A DNA stretch of 54,181 nt from Candidatus Levyibacteriota bacterium. Lineage in GTDB: Bacteria > Patescibacteriota > Microgenomatia > Levybacterales > UBA12049. Position numbers and translations under genes: made by a program. This document shows positions 29,334-39,228 of the stretch, piece by piece. Numbering within the stretch: position 1 is the first letter of the stretch; each line of letters begins with the position of its first letter. The notes below the pieces were generated by a model that saw nothing but the letters and a program-made list of their open reading frames with translations, had not been told where the DNA came from and did no database searches. The stretch is taken from positions 1 through 54,181 of the forward strand of contig JAGOUW010000005.1 in NCBI GenBank assembly GCA_018061075.1. The letters are read 5' to 3'.

Positions 29334-30425
29334 TTATTTGAGTCCGCCGATTACCTTTACTCGATTTAATAATTCTTCATCTTCTAAAACTTTTCCTGTC
29401 CCTCTAACTACAGTTGTAAGTGGATCTTCACTTTTTATAACCGGGATATGTGTGCGATCAACAATTAATTTATCTAATCCGTATAGCATAGATCCACCTC
29501 CAGTAAGTAAAATCCCATTTTCTAAAATATCAGCAGTAAGTTCTGGTGGCGCTTCTTCTAAAACATCAGCGACAGATTCAACTATTTTTGAAATTATCGG
29601 AGCTAACGCTTCTCTAACTTCCACCTCTGTAACGCGAAGACTTTTTGGAAGTCCAGTTTCTAAATCTCTGCCTCTAACTATTGCTGCCCTATTTTCTTCT
29701 TTCTCTTTTTCCTCTTCATCGTCCTTCTTTTTTCTCTTTGGTCTCTCATAAGCGCTGCCTAATTTTATTTTTAATTCTTCAACTGTTTTTTCCCCTAATA
29801 ACAAACCATGCCTAAGACGAATGTAATGAGTAATCGCTGCGTCCATATCATCTCCTGCAGTTTTTAAAGATCTAGACACCACAATTCCCCCAAGGGAAAT
29901 CACAGCAATTTCCGTAGTTCCTCCACCAATATCTACTACCATTTTCCCAGTTGGTGCGAAAACAGAAATTCCCTCTCCGATTGCTGCGGCCATTGGTTCT
30001 TCTATAAGAAATGCTTCGCGTGCTCCTGCAGAAAGTGCCGCTTCCCAAACAGCTCGACGCTGAACTTCAGTTACCGCTGAAGGAATTCCTATTACGACTC
30101 GCGGTCTTGAAAAAGCTAACGGGAGAGAACTACCAGAACTATGAACATCATGAACAAATCTACTTATCATGGCACTTGTTGCATCAAAATCAGAAATCAC
30201 TCCGCTTCTAAGTGGTTTTATGGTAACTATCAACTCAGGAGTTTTACCTAACATTTTCTTAGCTTCACTACCAAGCGCTATTAATTTTTTTGTTTTTTTA
30301 TGAATTGCGATGATTGAAGGCTCTCTAATTACTATTCCTTTTCCTCTTACCCAAACAAGCGTATTTGCAGTTCCCAGATCAATTCCAATATCGTGACTAA
30401 ATAAGCTAAAAAGATTTCTTAACAT
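29334..30425 (-). CDS. mreB: rod shape-determining protein MreB (with a charged insertion)
   Basis: DIGIDLGTANT, VVDIGGGTTEIAV and LTGGGS actin-fold motifs. There is an extra RPKRKKKDDEEEKEKEENR segment. Confidence 0.95.
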   Translation of the reverse strand: MLRNLFSLFSHDIGIDLGTANTLVWVRGKGIVIREPSIIAIHKKTKKLIALGSEAKKMLGKTPELIVTIKPLRSGVISDFDATSAMISRFVHDVHSSGSSLPLAFSRPRVVIGIPSAVTEVQRRAVWEAALSAGAREAFLIEEPMAAAIGEGISVFAPTGKMVVDIGGGTTEIAVISLGGIVVSRSLKTAGDDMDAAITHYIRLRHGLLLGEKTVEELKIKLGSAYERPKRKKKDDEEEKEKEENRAAIVRGRDLETGLPKSLRVTEVEVREALAPIISKIVESVADVLEEAPPELTADILENGILLTGGGSMLYGLDKLIVDRTHIPVIKSEDPLTTVVRGTGKVLEDEELLNRVKVIGGLK

Positions 30426-30530
30426 AAAAAAACAATCTCAACGTGTGGCTGAGGATTGAAATCCATTCTAGCACCTTGAGGTTATTTTGCAATACGATTT
30501 ACCATAAATTTAATATTGTTTCTAGGAAAA

Positions 30531-32894
30531 ATGCCTGATACAATTGTGTTTGTGAAATTTGTAGGCTACGCTTCTAGAGGAATTGAATTTTTATTTTACT
30601 CTCTTTTTCTTCTTATTCCCTTAGTGTTCGCAGGAAATACATCGGAACTTTTTGAATTTTCTAAAATGTGGCTCACTTTTGGAATCGCTATTTCCATTGG
30701 CTTTCTATGGTTTTCAAAGATGATTCTTCTTAAAAAAGTGATCTTTAAAAGAACACTTTTCGATATTCCAATCCTTTTAATTCTATTCTCGCACCTAGTC
30801 TCTACTCTAGTTTCTATGGACCCTCACATTTCTCTTTGGGGATATTATTCCCGCTGGAACGGGGGCCTTCTTTCCATGATTACGTATGCCTTCTTTTTCT
30901 GGGCATTTGTTAGCAATTTTAATCACGATCCAGAAGAAAACCCTACAACTAATCACTTATCCAGAAAGAGTTTTTTTGATATCAAGCCAGATGCATTAAG
31001 AGTTATTAGTAATTCGCTTTTAGTAAGTCTTATCTCTGGACTAATTGTAGTCTTGTGGGCAATTCCCTCTCATTTTGGCTATGATCCGACGTGTTATGTT
31101 TTTAGAGGAACACTTGATACCACTTGCTGGACTGCAGATTTCCAACCCACAGTTAGAATATTTGGTCCACTCGGCCAGCCCGCTTGGCTAGCAGCATATC
31201 TAGGTATTCTGCTTCCAATCGCCGGAGCATTTGCATTAAGAGAACTTAGAAAAACAAAAGCGAAAATTAATCCAAAATTTTTGGGCTACTCAGGACTTTT
31301 TATACTATTTTATATAGCGCTTCTTTACTCAGGATCCCGCGGAGGAATAATTGGCGTATTCGTTTCGCTTCTTTTCATGTTAATTTCTTATATTTACTTC
31401 AACAGACACGACCTGAGTTTCTTAAAAAATAAATTCATTCCAATTCTTATCGGAGCCCTAATACTAGTTACTCCATTTGCAGGAATTGATTTACCAAACG
31501 GAACTAAAATTACATATGATGTTTTACTTAGACAATTTAAAAAAGATGCTCCAGCAGTGGATACTAATGTTCCCGTAACACAAGAGGATGGAAAAGCTGT
31601 AACAAACTCAGTTGAGGAAAATCCAAATCCTGCGATTCCATTAGGAGGCTCTTCCTCCGCTGAAATTCGCTCGATCGTGTGGAAGGGTGGAATTGCTGCA
31701 TGGAAAGCAAATCCTATCTTTGGAACTGGAGTAGAAACTTATGCTTTTGCTTATTACAAACACAGGCCAGAAGAACACAACAGAGTTTCTGAATGGAACT
31801 TTTTATACAACAAAGCACACAATGAATATATAAATTATCTAGTTACGACTGGCGCTTTTGGATTCCTTTCCTATGCTGCATTTATTATTTTATTTTTCGC
31901 GGCAGCTGTCCTAAGCCTATTCAATAAAAAAGTTAAAACTATTCCATATGTTGGAAATTTTTCTGCATCTACAAAGTGGGATAACAAAGATCCTATGCTT
32001 CTCGCTCTAGTCGCTTCAATTATTTCCATGTTAATTGTAAATTTCTTCGGTTTTTCAGTTGTCATCACAAATATTTATTTATTCCTAATCCCAGCATTTA
32101 TTCTTTTCTTAATAAATCTAGCTCCAAACATTAAAGAACCGCCTCTTCCAAAAATCCCTTATGTCTCATATGCACAATGGGGTGGAATTTTAGGACTCGG
32201 CGCCCTCGGGGTATTTTTAATTTTTATGCTTATCAGATTCTGGGTGGCTGATACTAGATATGCGCTTGGATTTAACTATAATCAAGCTGGAGATTTTCAA
32301 ACCGCTTATCCTCTACTTCAATCAGCAATAAAGACTCGCAAGGAACCTGTTTTCTTTAATGAAGTTGCTATAAATGACGCCAATCTAGCTGCAACCCTTG
32401 CAACACAAGCAGGAAGTGAATCAGCCCAGGTTATTCAGCAGCTTGCGACAGAGTCCCTTGCTACTTCTGAGAAATTAGTTAAAGATCATCCAAATAATGT
32501 AGTTTTCTGGAAAACTAGAGTTAGAGTTCTTTATACTTTGGCTCGCCTAGATCCAACTTTCTATCCACAAGCATTAGCGGCTATTCAACAAACAGCTCTT
32601 CTTGCTCCAACTGACGCAAGTATTCTTTATAACTTAGGAGTTTTATACGGACAGAATGGTGATTCTAAAAAAGCAGTTGAAGTATTAGAGCAAACAGTTA
32701 AATATAGACCCCAGTACTCTGAGGCTCATTTCGCCCTCGGACTTTTCTATCATGATTTAGGAGTTGACCAAAATGGAGCGGTAAAAGACGAAACATATCG
32801 TCAAAAAGCGATTGCAGAAATGGATTATATTCTAAAAAATATTAATCCAAATGATCCTCAAGCTAAAGCTTACTTCGACGAATGGCAAAAATAA
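30531..32894 (+). CDS. O-antigen ligase (Wzy_C)-like polytopic membrane protein with a C-terminal TPR domain
   Basis: Multiple TMs, an SGSRGGIIG loop motif and C-terminal TPR-like repeats (AHFALGLFYHDLG). The ATG at 30531 was chosen over the TTG at 30516. Confidence 0.7.
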   Translation: MPDTIVFVKFVGYASRGIEFLFYSLFLLIPLVFAGNTSELFEFSKMWLTFGIAISIGFLWFSKMILLKKVIFKRTLFDIPILLILFSHLVSTLVSMDPHISLWGYYSRWNGGLLSMITYAFFFWAFVSNFNHDPEENPTTNHLSRKSFFDIKPDALRVISNSLLVSLISGLIVVLWAIPSHFGYDPTCYVFRGTLDTTCWTADFQPTVRIFGPLGQPAWLAAYLGILLPIAGAFALRELRKTKAKINPKFLGYSGLFILFYIALLYSGSRGGIIGVFVSLLFMLISYIYFNRHDLSFLKNKFIPILIGALILVTPFAGIDLPNGTKITYDVLLRQFKKDAPAVDTNVPVTQEDGKAVTNSVEENPNPAIPLGGSSSAEIRSIVWKGGIAAWKANPIFGTGVETYAFAYYKHRPEEHNRVSEWNFLYNKAHNEYINYLVTTGAFGFLSYAAFIILFFAAAVLSLFNKKVKTIPYVGNFSASTKWDNKDPMLLALVASIISMLIVNFFGFSVVITNIYLFLIPAFILFLINLAPNIKEPPLPKIPYVSYAQWGGILGLGALGVFLIFMLIRFWVADTRYALGFNYNQAGDFQTAYPLLQSAIKTRKEPVFFNEVAINDANLAATLATQAGSESAQVIQQLATESLATSEKLVKDHPNNVVFWKTRVRVLYTLARLDPTFYPQALAAIQQTALLAPTDASILYNLGVLYGQNGDSKKAVEVLEQTVKYRPQYSEAHFALGLFYHDLGVDQNGAVKDETYRQKAIAEMDYILKNINPNDPQAKAYFDEWQK

Positions 32895-32947
32895 ATATAA
32901 TCTAGCTCTGCGTTATGCTATAATTTCCAGAACCGGTTTTTAGAAAT

Positions 32948-33502
32948 ATGGCACAAATTGTATCCGCACCACATCCAGTTTTAAGTAAAGTTGCTACAGA
33001 ATATGTCTTTGAGAAAAATGACAAATTTTTGCCTGCGATTTTAAAAGAGATGGAAAAAGCGCTTCTGGAAGCTTCTGACCCTAAAGGCGTCGGACTTGCT
33101 GCTCCCCAGATCGGGCGAGGAATTTCAATGTTCATAACCAAACCATCAGACGCTGCAGATATTTCTGTTTTCATAAATCCTAAGATCGTAAAATCAGATC
33201 CTATTCCCGACGACAATCCAGAAGATGATAAAAAGGCTAAAAAATTAGAAGGCTGTCTCTCACTCCCAAGCATTTGGGGCGTAGTTAAAAGATCCCCAGC
33301 AGTTACTCTTTCCTACTATGATCATTTAGGAAGAAAGAAAACTAAAAGATTCACAGGTTTTATGGCCACAATTGTTCAACATGAAGTCGATCATTTAAAT
33401 GGAATTCTTTTTCCAAAAAGAGTCTTGGAGCAAAAAGGCGCACTGTATAAATCCAGTAAAGATAAAAAGGGTGAGGACGAATTCGAAGAAATCTCAGTAT
33501 GA
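32948..33502 (+). CDS. def: peptide deformylase
   Basis: GVGLAAPQIG, EGCLS and QHEVDHLNG motifs. Confidence 0.95.
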   Translation: MAQIVSAPHPVLSKVATEYVFEKNDKFLPAILKEMEKALLEASDPKGVGLAAPQIGRGISMFITKPSDAADISVFINPKIVKSDPIPDDNPEDDKKAKKLEGCLSLPSIWGVVKRSPAVTLSYYDHLGRKKTKRFTGFMATIVQHEVDHLNGILFPKRVLEQKGALYKSSKDKKGEDEFEEISV

Positions 33503-34314
33503 AAATTGTATTTTTTGGCTCCCGTCATATTCACAGCATTCTTAGAGAGCTGGATGAAAGCTTTGATTTAGAATTAGTAGTTACAACCGATAAAGGAATC
33601 GTAGACCATGCGAAAGCTGAAGGTTTTCCTTTTGCTCAAGTTTTAAAGATTGACTCCAATTTAATTAAAGCCATTAAAGATCTAGAACCAGATCTCGGAG
33701 TAGTTGCAGATTTCGGACTTATTATTCCCCAGGAACTCATGGACATTTTTCCTCACGGTATCCTAAACGTTCACCCTTCACTTCTACCTTTATATCGAGG
33801 CCCTACTCCAGTTCAGACCGCACTTTTAAATGGCGATTCAGTAACAGGAATTTCGATTATAAAAATTGATGAGGAGCTTGATCACGGTCCGATAATTTAT
33901 CAGGAAGAATATGATATAAAACCCGGTGACTTTACAGAAAAATTACTGAACAACCTATTCACCAGAGCAGCTGAAATTCTACCGGATTTAATTACAGAAT
34001 TTGTGGATGGAAAATTAAACTTAGAAGTCCAAAATGATGATAAAGCGACATATACAGAGATCCTAAAAAAAGAAGATGGATATATAGACATAGATAATCC
34101 GCCTGAAAAAAGAAAACTTGAAAGACTTATTAACGCGCTGAGTCCTTGGCCAGGTGTTTGGACTAAGTACAAACTTACAAATAAAGAATTAATAATTAAA
34201 CTTCATCCTATGAATTTTATTCATGTCGAGGGAAAAAAACCGATGAGCTATAAAGATTTTAAAAATGGATACGAAAAAGGCGGAGAATTCTTAAAAAAAC
34301 TTAACTTAGGCTAA
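33499..34314 (+). CDS. fmt: methionyl-tRNA formyltransferase (short form)
   Basis: MKIVFFGS and HPSLLPLYRGPTPVQ. ATGA coupling to def. Confidence 0.85.
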   Translation: MKIVFFGSRHIHSILRELDESFDLELVVTTDKGIVDHAKAEGFPFAQVLKIDSNLIKAIKDLEPDLGVVADFGLIIPQELMDIFPHGILNVHPSLLPLYRGPTPVQTALLNGDSVTGISIIKIDEELDHGPIIYQEEYDIKPGDFTEKLLNNLFTRAAEILPDLITEFVDGKLNLEVQNDDKATYTEILKKEDGYIDIDNPPEKRKLERLINALSPWPGVWTKYKLTNKELIIKLHPMNFIHVEGKKPMSYKDFKNGYEKGGEFLKKLNLG

Positions 34315-34581
34315 GCCTGCTGCGACTGGAGCTACACTGGAGATTTCCTTTTCTTTTAAAGCTGCTGCGATTTTCTTAGATCTCGTATCTTTTCCACTAA
34401 CTAGTCTTATGCATTTTGTACAAAGCCTAACTCTCATAGAAGTCCCATCCACAACTATTCTTGCTGGATGAAGATTTGGTCTGAAAACTTTTCGAGTTCT
34501 ATTTTTTGCGTGAGAAACATTATGGCCTACCATATTTCCTTTTCCGCAGTTGTAACATTTGTATCCGCTACTCATAGGCAT
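34306..34581 (-). CDS. rpmB: 50S ribosomal protein L28 (with a C-terminal extension)
   Basis: CYNCGKGNMVGHNVSHAKNRTRKVFRPNLH matches the L28 core. Confidence 0.85.
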   Translation of the reverse strand: MPMSSGYKCYNCGKGNMVGHNVSHAKNRTRKVFRPNLHPARIVVDGTSMRVRLCTKCIRLVSGKDTRSKKIAAALKEKEISSVAPVAAGLA

Positions 34582-34715
34582 ATATTATAGCTGAAGGTCT
34601 GTTATTTTTCAATCCATAATGATCAATGGATCATGATTTCAAAACTTATCGGGAGTTTTTGATTCTTTTTGCGGAAAAAAGAATAAGAAAAATTTTATTT
34701 TAAAAATCTGGTAAA

Positions 34716-35372
34716 ATGGTTTTTATGAACATAGAACTAGCTTTAATCTCACTCGCGGTTTTGATCCCATCAGTCATTCTTCATGAAGTTGCTCACGGAT
34801 TTGTAGCCGATAAATTAGGAGATCCTACGGCTAGATTACTCAAGCGATTAACATTAAATCCTATTCCACACATCGATCCCCTGATGTCTATTCTTCTTCC
34901 TCTACTATTAGTAATCTCAGGCTCCCCTGTCATTTTCGGAGCGGCTAAGCCAGTGCCAGTTGATCCATTTAATTTTAAAGAGCCTAGAAAAGATATGGCA
35001 TTAGTTTCTCTCGCAGGACCTGGAACCAATTTTCTTATCGCTGCAGTCGCCGCTCTAATTTCTCACGTTCTTTTCCCTGGAGCTTCCATCTTTGAAGTTC
35101 TGACTTCAAGTCTTTTAGGATTGGTCCTAGGACTGACAATAACAATTAATGTAAGCCTCGCGATCTTTAATCTTTTACCAATTCCACCTCTTGATGGATC
35201 TAAAATTTTTGCACTTTTCCTTCCAGAAGATTTATCACGCTCTTATCTATCGCTTGGAAGTGTAGGATTTTTCTTAATTTTCGCACTTATGCTTTTCCCA
35301 ATCGGAGGATTTTCACTAGGAAATATAATCGGTGGTCTTAGTGACTCCGCCCTCAAACTCCTCGGCTTCTAG
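34716..35372 (+). CDS. site-2 protease family (peptidase M50) membrane metalloprotease
   Basis: HEVAHGF (HExxH inside TM1) and NLLPIPPLDGSKI. Confidence 0.85.
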   Translation: MVFMNIELALISLAVLIPSVILHEVAHGFVADKLGDPTARLLKRLTLNPIPHIDPLMSILLPLLLVISGSPVIFGAAKPVPVDPFNFKEPRKDMALVSLAGPGTNFLIAAVAALISHVLFPGASIFEVLTSSLLGLVLGLTITINVSLAIFNLLPIPPLDGSKIFALFLPEDLSRSYLSLGSVGFFLIFALMLFPIGGFSLGNIIGGLSDSALKLLGF

Positions 35373-35457
35373 AATTTCAACCCTAATTCAACACGAACCC
35401 ATACCATTTAAATATTTTGATAAATTAATGTTTGACCGAATAATTTTACTTATTGCA

Positions 35458-35483
35458 TCATATATCGATATATCGATATATGA
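35458..35483. promoter_or_regulatory. 26-nt perfect palindrome containing two overlapping ATATATCGATATAT cores
   Basis: TCATATATCGATATATCGATATATGA equals its own reverse complement. Confidence 0.85.
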
Positions 35484-35519
35484 GACACTAACGCCTAATG
35501 TTTGGTTCTTTTGAGGGGA

Positions 35520-36038
35520 TTAATTTCCGGTGTATTTAAAAGACTTCGCAATCAGATCCAATTCATCAAACAAAGCTTCTTCTGTTGTCGAAATTTTAAA
35601 AACAGAATTTTCCACAAAGATAAAATAAATATTTTCTTGCCCATTCTCAATATCAGAATTTGTTAATTTTCTTAAAACAGCTTCATAATTGTCAATCATA
35701 ACGAGATCTTCAGAAAAATTTAAGCTAGTATTCCGATCAAATTCATCGAGATATTCTCTTAAATTATTAAATTGTGTTCCATTTCGAGCTATATATATCT
35801 CTCCCCATTCAGAACTAATAACTATCATGCTTGATTCATCTAAGGCTTTAAAATTTCCTGGTAAATCTACTGTAAATTTAAGATATTTTGATTCAAAAGC
35901 TTTTGTCGATTGTGACTGACTTTGATTTAATAATCCATTTAATATTTCTGGCTTAAAGTAAGCTGTAGCTCCAACTAACAAAAGGGCTACAATTATCGAA
36001 ACCAGAATAAGTTTTTTTTGATTTTTTTTCAGCTTCAT
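35520..36038 (-). CDS. signal-anchored exoprotein (YxFxxP family)
   Basis: TM LILVSIIVALLLVGATAYF and motif YLKFTVDLPGNF. Lies 2 nt downstream of the M23 gene. Confidence 0.55.
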   Translation of the reverse strand: MKLKKNQKKLILVSIIVALLLVGATAYFKPEILNGLLNQSQSQSTKAFESKYLKFTVDLPGNFKALDESSMIVISSEWGEIYIARNGTQFNNLREYLDEFDRNTSLNFSEDLVMIDNYEAVLRKLTNSDIENGQENIYFIFVENSVFKISTTEEALFDELDLIAKSFKYTGN

Positions 36039-36040
36039 TA

Positions 36041-38503
36041 TTAGTAACTATATTTTAGCGTAGCGCTTTCAGTTCTCAGTTTCAATAGTCTGATCCCAGG
36101 TAATTCTTCTTTCACAAATTGTCTGTTTTTTGAGTCATAGTTATAAATCAAAGTTTTATTTGTTTTTGAATTATAAAATATACCAACTAAATTCTTGTCT
36201 TTCATGCTAAATAATTCTGCTATTGAAATTAATTGTCCAGTCTTAAGATTACGAATCGGAGATATCGTGAAATTATTTTTATTAAAGGTTATTACGGGAT
36301 TAAGATTATATTGAAAATTTAAAACATTAATGTAGGACAAAAGCGAACTATTATATATTTTTACTATTGCAATTAATTCGTTTCCTGCTTTATCTCTTGC
36401 TGCCACTTTCTTATTACTTCCCAAATTAGCCACATTAACAACCGCTGACTCGCTTCCATCCTTACCCATAAAAGTTATGTCCCGTGAATTGACAGAATAT
36501 TCAAATTCTATTTCAGGCGGAGTTTTATCAATAAAAAATGAAACAGTTTTAGGGTCTTCAATATTTTCATCGTTATCTACTGAATAAAATTCTATCTCAT
36601 GTTTACCCTGAGACGAAAATTCGATCGGAGAAACATACTTCTCCCAATCCCCACCATCTTTTCTAAATAAAACATAGCTAACGCCAAGTCCATCTAAATT
36701 GTCTGTTGCAACTAGACTAACTGAAACATTCGAACGATAAAACCCTTCTTCACCCCTACTGCCTGAGATAATCGCTGAAGTAATCGCAGGAATTATATCT
36801 TTTCTTTCAGCCACTAATGCAAATTGAGTTAAATGATCAGCTTCAATTGAAGCCTTTTTATTTTCTAAATCAACCACTGCATCTTCTTTTACCCAATCAA
36901 TTCCATCAGAAGTTGAGTAGATAGAGAGAGTCTCTGTGGCTAATTTCGAAAGATCTAGATCGGAAAAATCCATGGTTAGAGAAAATGGCTTATTAAAACT
37001 TGTGACTTCATTTCCCTGTGAATCTTCTGCAGTTATTTCCACACTTGGCCCAATAGATCTGATTAAATCAGAAATTCTTTGAAGCGGTGAAGAAATTATT
37101 CTAAGAATTAAATTTTCACTAGTTGCGCTATGCGGAAAATTTATAGAATTTCTGCCACTTACAAAAAATCCTCCATTTGAATCTAGGCTCGTATCAAGCC
37201 CATCAATTTTTTCTTTCCACAAATAGTAGCTTTTATTTCCAGTTCTATTCTGGCCATTGTAAGAGAATGAATAATTTTCCCAGGGATCTGGTGAATTTGA
37301 CTGCCAACCGAAAGGATCTACTAGTCCATCAGGGATATTATCATCGAAATTACCATCATTATTTTTATCCTGAACAACCATAAAATGAATATGAGCTCCA
37401 TCCTCTCCTTTTGGCCTAACATTTCCAGTCGCACCTACTCTTCCAATTGCCTCGCCTGCATCAATGGGAATTTCTTGATTTGGAATATTTGTAATTAGAT
37501 CTTCTGACTGAAGATGATAATATCTCGTTTGATAACCATTACCATGGTCTATATAAATTGCGTTACCGCAAGGACCACATGTATTTATAAATTTAGCTAT
37601 ACCAACTGAAGCAGCTAAAACAGGATCGCCAAACTCAGCTCCTGCATAAGTCCCATAATCATAACCATCATGAGATGAATAAAAGTCTGTAGTTTTTATT
37701 CCCTTGTAAACAACTATTGAATTTGCATTAACAAACTCACTTAAATTTGTGCTTAACAACGGGTATTCGTGGTCAAAAAAGGAATTTATTGATAATGCTG
37801 CATCTGTAAATGATAAGCCCTTTCCCTCATAGTCCCATGGCAATTCCAGAAATGGCTCTGGAGCTGATAAAGGAGTGGGACTTGGGGTTACGGAAGGAGT
37901 TGGACTAGGAGTTGGACTAGGTGTTGGACTCGGATTAATATACTCATAATCAAAAGCGACTTCAAAATTATCTATATTTGCTGACCATGGAGAAGCACCT
38001 GCTCTATTTATTCTAAAAATAAAATTATTTGATCTAACATTTGCAGCATTCAAACAGCTGGTAAAATCTACACCACTGGTTGATGTGACATTATATTCTG
38101 ATATTTGGTTTCCAACCAAACTAGTCATTGTCCATTTATCTCCAGGCGTTTGACAATTTAATCCATAAGTCGTTCCCGCAGAAACTCCAGTAAATAAACC
38201 TATGTCAGATTTTCCCGTCACACGAATCTTAACCCCTGTTATCCTCACATCATCTGGAATTCCAAAACCTCCAAAATTCTGAAAATATAAATTTGCGAAA
38301 GATAATCCTGATGCTCGATCACAAGTTAACCCATCAGTTGAGGAACAATTTGATAAATTTGTATATGCTGGGCTTCCGTCAGTCGTTATATTTGTAGCAC
38401 TTCTAAAAGTGGTTGTCTCGGCAAAAACTGGTTTTGAAAAACAAAAAACTATTAACCCAAAAAACAGGCTTAAAAGGAGGACCCTGGATGCACTTCTACT
38501 CAC
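36041..38503 (-). CDS. large secreted M23 (LytM-type) metallopeptidase with a PT linker and C-terminal beta-rich domains
   Basis: Signal peptide and PSPTPSPTPSPTPSVTPSPTP linker. M23 motifs are HDGYDYG, AIYIDHGNGYQTRYYHL and GATGNV...GAHIHF. GTG start. Confidence 0.8.
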   Translation of the reverse strand: MSRSASRVLLLSLFFGLIVFCFSKPVFAETTTFRSATNITTDGSPAYTNLSNCSSTDGLTCDRASGLSFANLYFQNFGGFGIPDDVRITGVKIRVTGKSDIGLFTGVSAGTTYGLNCQTPGDKWTMTSLVGNQISEYNVTSTSGVDFTSCLNAANVRSNNFIFRINRAGASPWSANIDNFEVAFDYEYINPSPTPSPTPSPTPSVTPSPTPLSAPEPFLELPWDYEGKGLSFTDAALSINSFFDHEYPLLSTNLSEFVNANSIVVYKGIKTTDFYSSHDGYDYGTYAGAEFGDPVLAASVGIAKFINTCGPCGNAIYIDHGNGYQTRYYHLQSEDLITNIPNQEIPIDAGEAIGRVGATGNVRPKGEDGAHIHFMVVQDKNNDGNFDDNIPDGLVDPFGWQSNSPDPWENYSFSYNGQNRTGNKSYYLWKEKIDGLDTSLDSNGGFFVSGRNSINFPHSATSENLILRIISSPLQRISDLIRSIGPSVEITAEDSQGNEVTSFNKPFSLTMDFSDLDLSKLATETLSIYSTSDGIDWVKEDAVVDLENKKASIEADHLTQFALVAERKDIIPAITSAIISGSRGEEGFYRSNVSVSLVATDNLDGLGVSYVLFRKDGGDWEKYVSPIEFSSQGKHEIEFYSVDNDENIEDPKTVSFFIDKTPPEIEFEYSVNSRDITFMGKDGSESAVVNVANLGSNKKVAARDKAGNELIAIVKIYNSSLLSYINVLNFQYNLNPVITFNKNNFTISPIRNLKTGQLISIAELFSMKDKNLVGIFYNSKTNKTLIYNYDSKNRQFVKEELPGIRLLKLRTESATLKYSY

Positions 38504-38566
38504 AGAAAAGCTCTTAATTTGAGCTTACTCCCGAAAATTTACAAATGCAATAAGTATTTGACTATG

Positions 38567-38588
38567 CATCATATATCGATATATGATG
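38567..38588. promoter_or_regulatory. 22-nt perfect palindrome CATCATATATCGATATATGATG in the divergent promoter region
   Basis: Self-complementary. It overlaps the spacer and -10 of a TTGACT-18-TATGAT promoter for the regulator gene. Confidence 0.85.
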
Positions 38589-38593
38589 ATTTT

Positions 38594-38995
38594 ATGCCGC
38601 ATGTCTCCAGAATAGACATCGATAAAAAGCTTGAAACGGAGCTTTTTGAATCTCTGGAAACTGCTCTTGGTAAATTATCAAAAGCTGAGACAAAAGAGTT
38701 TTTACTTTCCTTTCTTTCTCCCACAGAAAAACTAATGTTAGCGAAAAGATTCGCAATAATTATTCTTCTTAAAGAAAATGTATCTTCAACCACTATCGCG
38801 AATACACTTCATGTAACTTTGGAAACGGTCGCGAGAACTAGGATGAAATCCCAACTTACAGGAAATGGTTATGAGATAGCACTAAAAAAATTAGAAAATG
38901 AAAAATTCATAAAAGACTTTAAAGATTCTTTACTAAAAATCGCCGGCTATTCAATCCGAGCTGCTGGTGGCCACGTAAAACTCACAATTACCTAG
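38594..38995 (+). CDS. YerC/YecD (TrpR-like) family helix-turn-helix regulator
   Basis: ...EFLLSFLSPTEKLMLAKRFAIIILLKENVSSTTIANTLHVTLETVARTRMK...GYEIALKKL parallels the YerC layout. The start was set at the ATG after the palindrome; the ORF track opens at 38519. Confidence 0.6.
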   Translation: MPHVSRIDIDKKLETELFESLETALGKLSKAETKEFLLSFLSPTEKLMLAKRFAIIILLKENVSSTTIANTLHVTLETVARTRMKSQLTGNGYEIALKKLENEKFIKDFKDSLLKIAGYSIRAAGGHVKLTIT

Positions 38996-39027
38996 TTACT
39001 CTTTATATATCGATATATAAAGAGTAA
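38996..39027. promoter_or_regulatory. 32-nt perfect palindrome TTACTCTTTATATATCGATATATAAAGAGTAA
   Basis: Self-complementary. It starts 1 nt after the regulator stop codon and shares the core ATATATCGATATAT. Confidence 0.85.
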
Positions 39028-39191
39028 TAACAGCAGAATTACAAATCCCTTACTTGACTTATCCACAATTTAGGACTAAAACTATATTATAGGGTCGAAA
39101 GTTTTTTGATATAGTTTCCACAATCACACTATATCACTCTAATTAGCTGCACCGGGCTAATATTATTTTTTTTCCAATTTTTACTATGGGT

Positions 39192-39220
39192 TTGACATCC
39201 CCCTCAAAATGTAGTAATAT
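39192..39220 (+). promoter_or_regulatory. promoter TTGACA-17-TAATAT, with the ATG 8 nt after the -10
   Basis: Hexamers were read directly. This implies a leaderless or near-leaderless mRNA for 39229..39843. Confidence 0.6.
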
Positions 39221-39228
39221 GACCGCGT

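Noticed and set aside
26358-30425. Absence of rodA after mreBCD-PBP2
   Set aside because: rodA could be encoded elsewhere in the genome. One window cannot show its absence.
32902-33273. 123-aa ORF antisense to def, and similar antisense ORFs (for example 29338..29751 in mreB, 23797..24672 in dprA, 40204..40638, 52478..52762 over secE)
   Set aside because: Each is the shadow frame of a well-supported conserved gene.
37860-37925. Short tandem nucleotide repeats (PSPTPSPTPSPTP-coding; also 26270-26350 and 40200-40270) as a possible CRISPR or VNTR
   Set aside because: They are in-frame Pro/Thr/Ser linker codons inside long ORFs, with no spacer-repeat periodicity.
39062-39134. Short direct repeats TCCACAAT (x2) and ACTATAT (x2) upstream of the 39229 promoter
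   Set aside because: These are 7-8-mers in AT-rich DNA with inconsistent spacing. Chance occurrence is likely.
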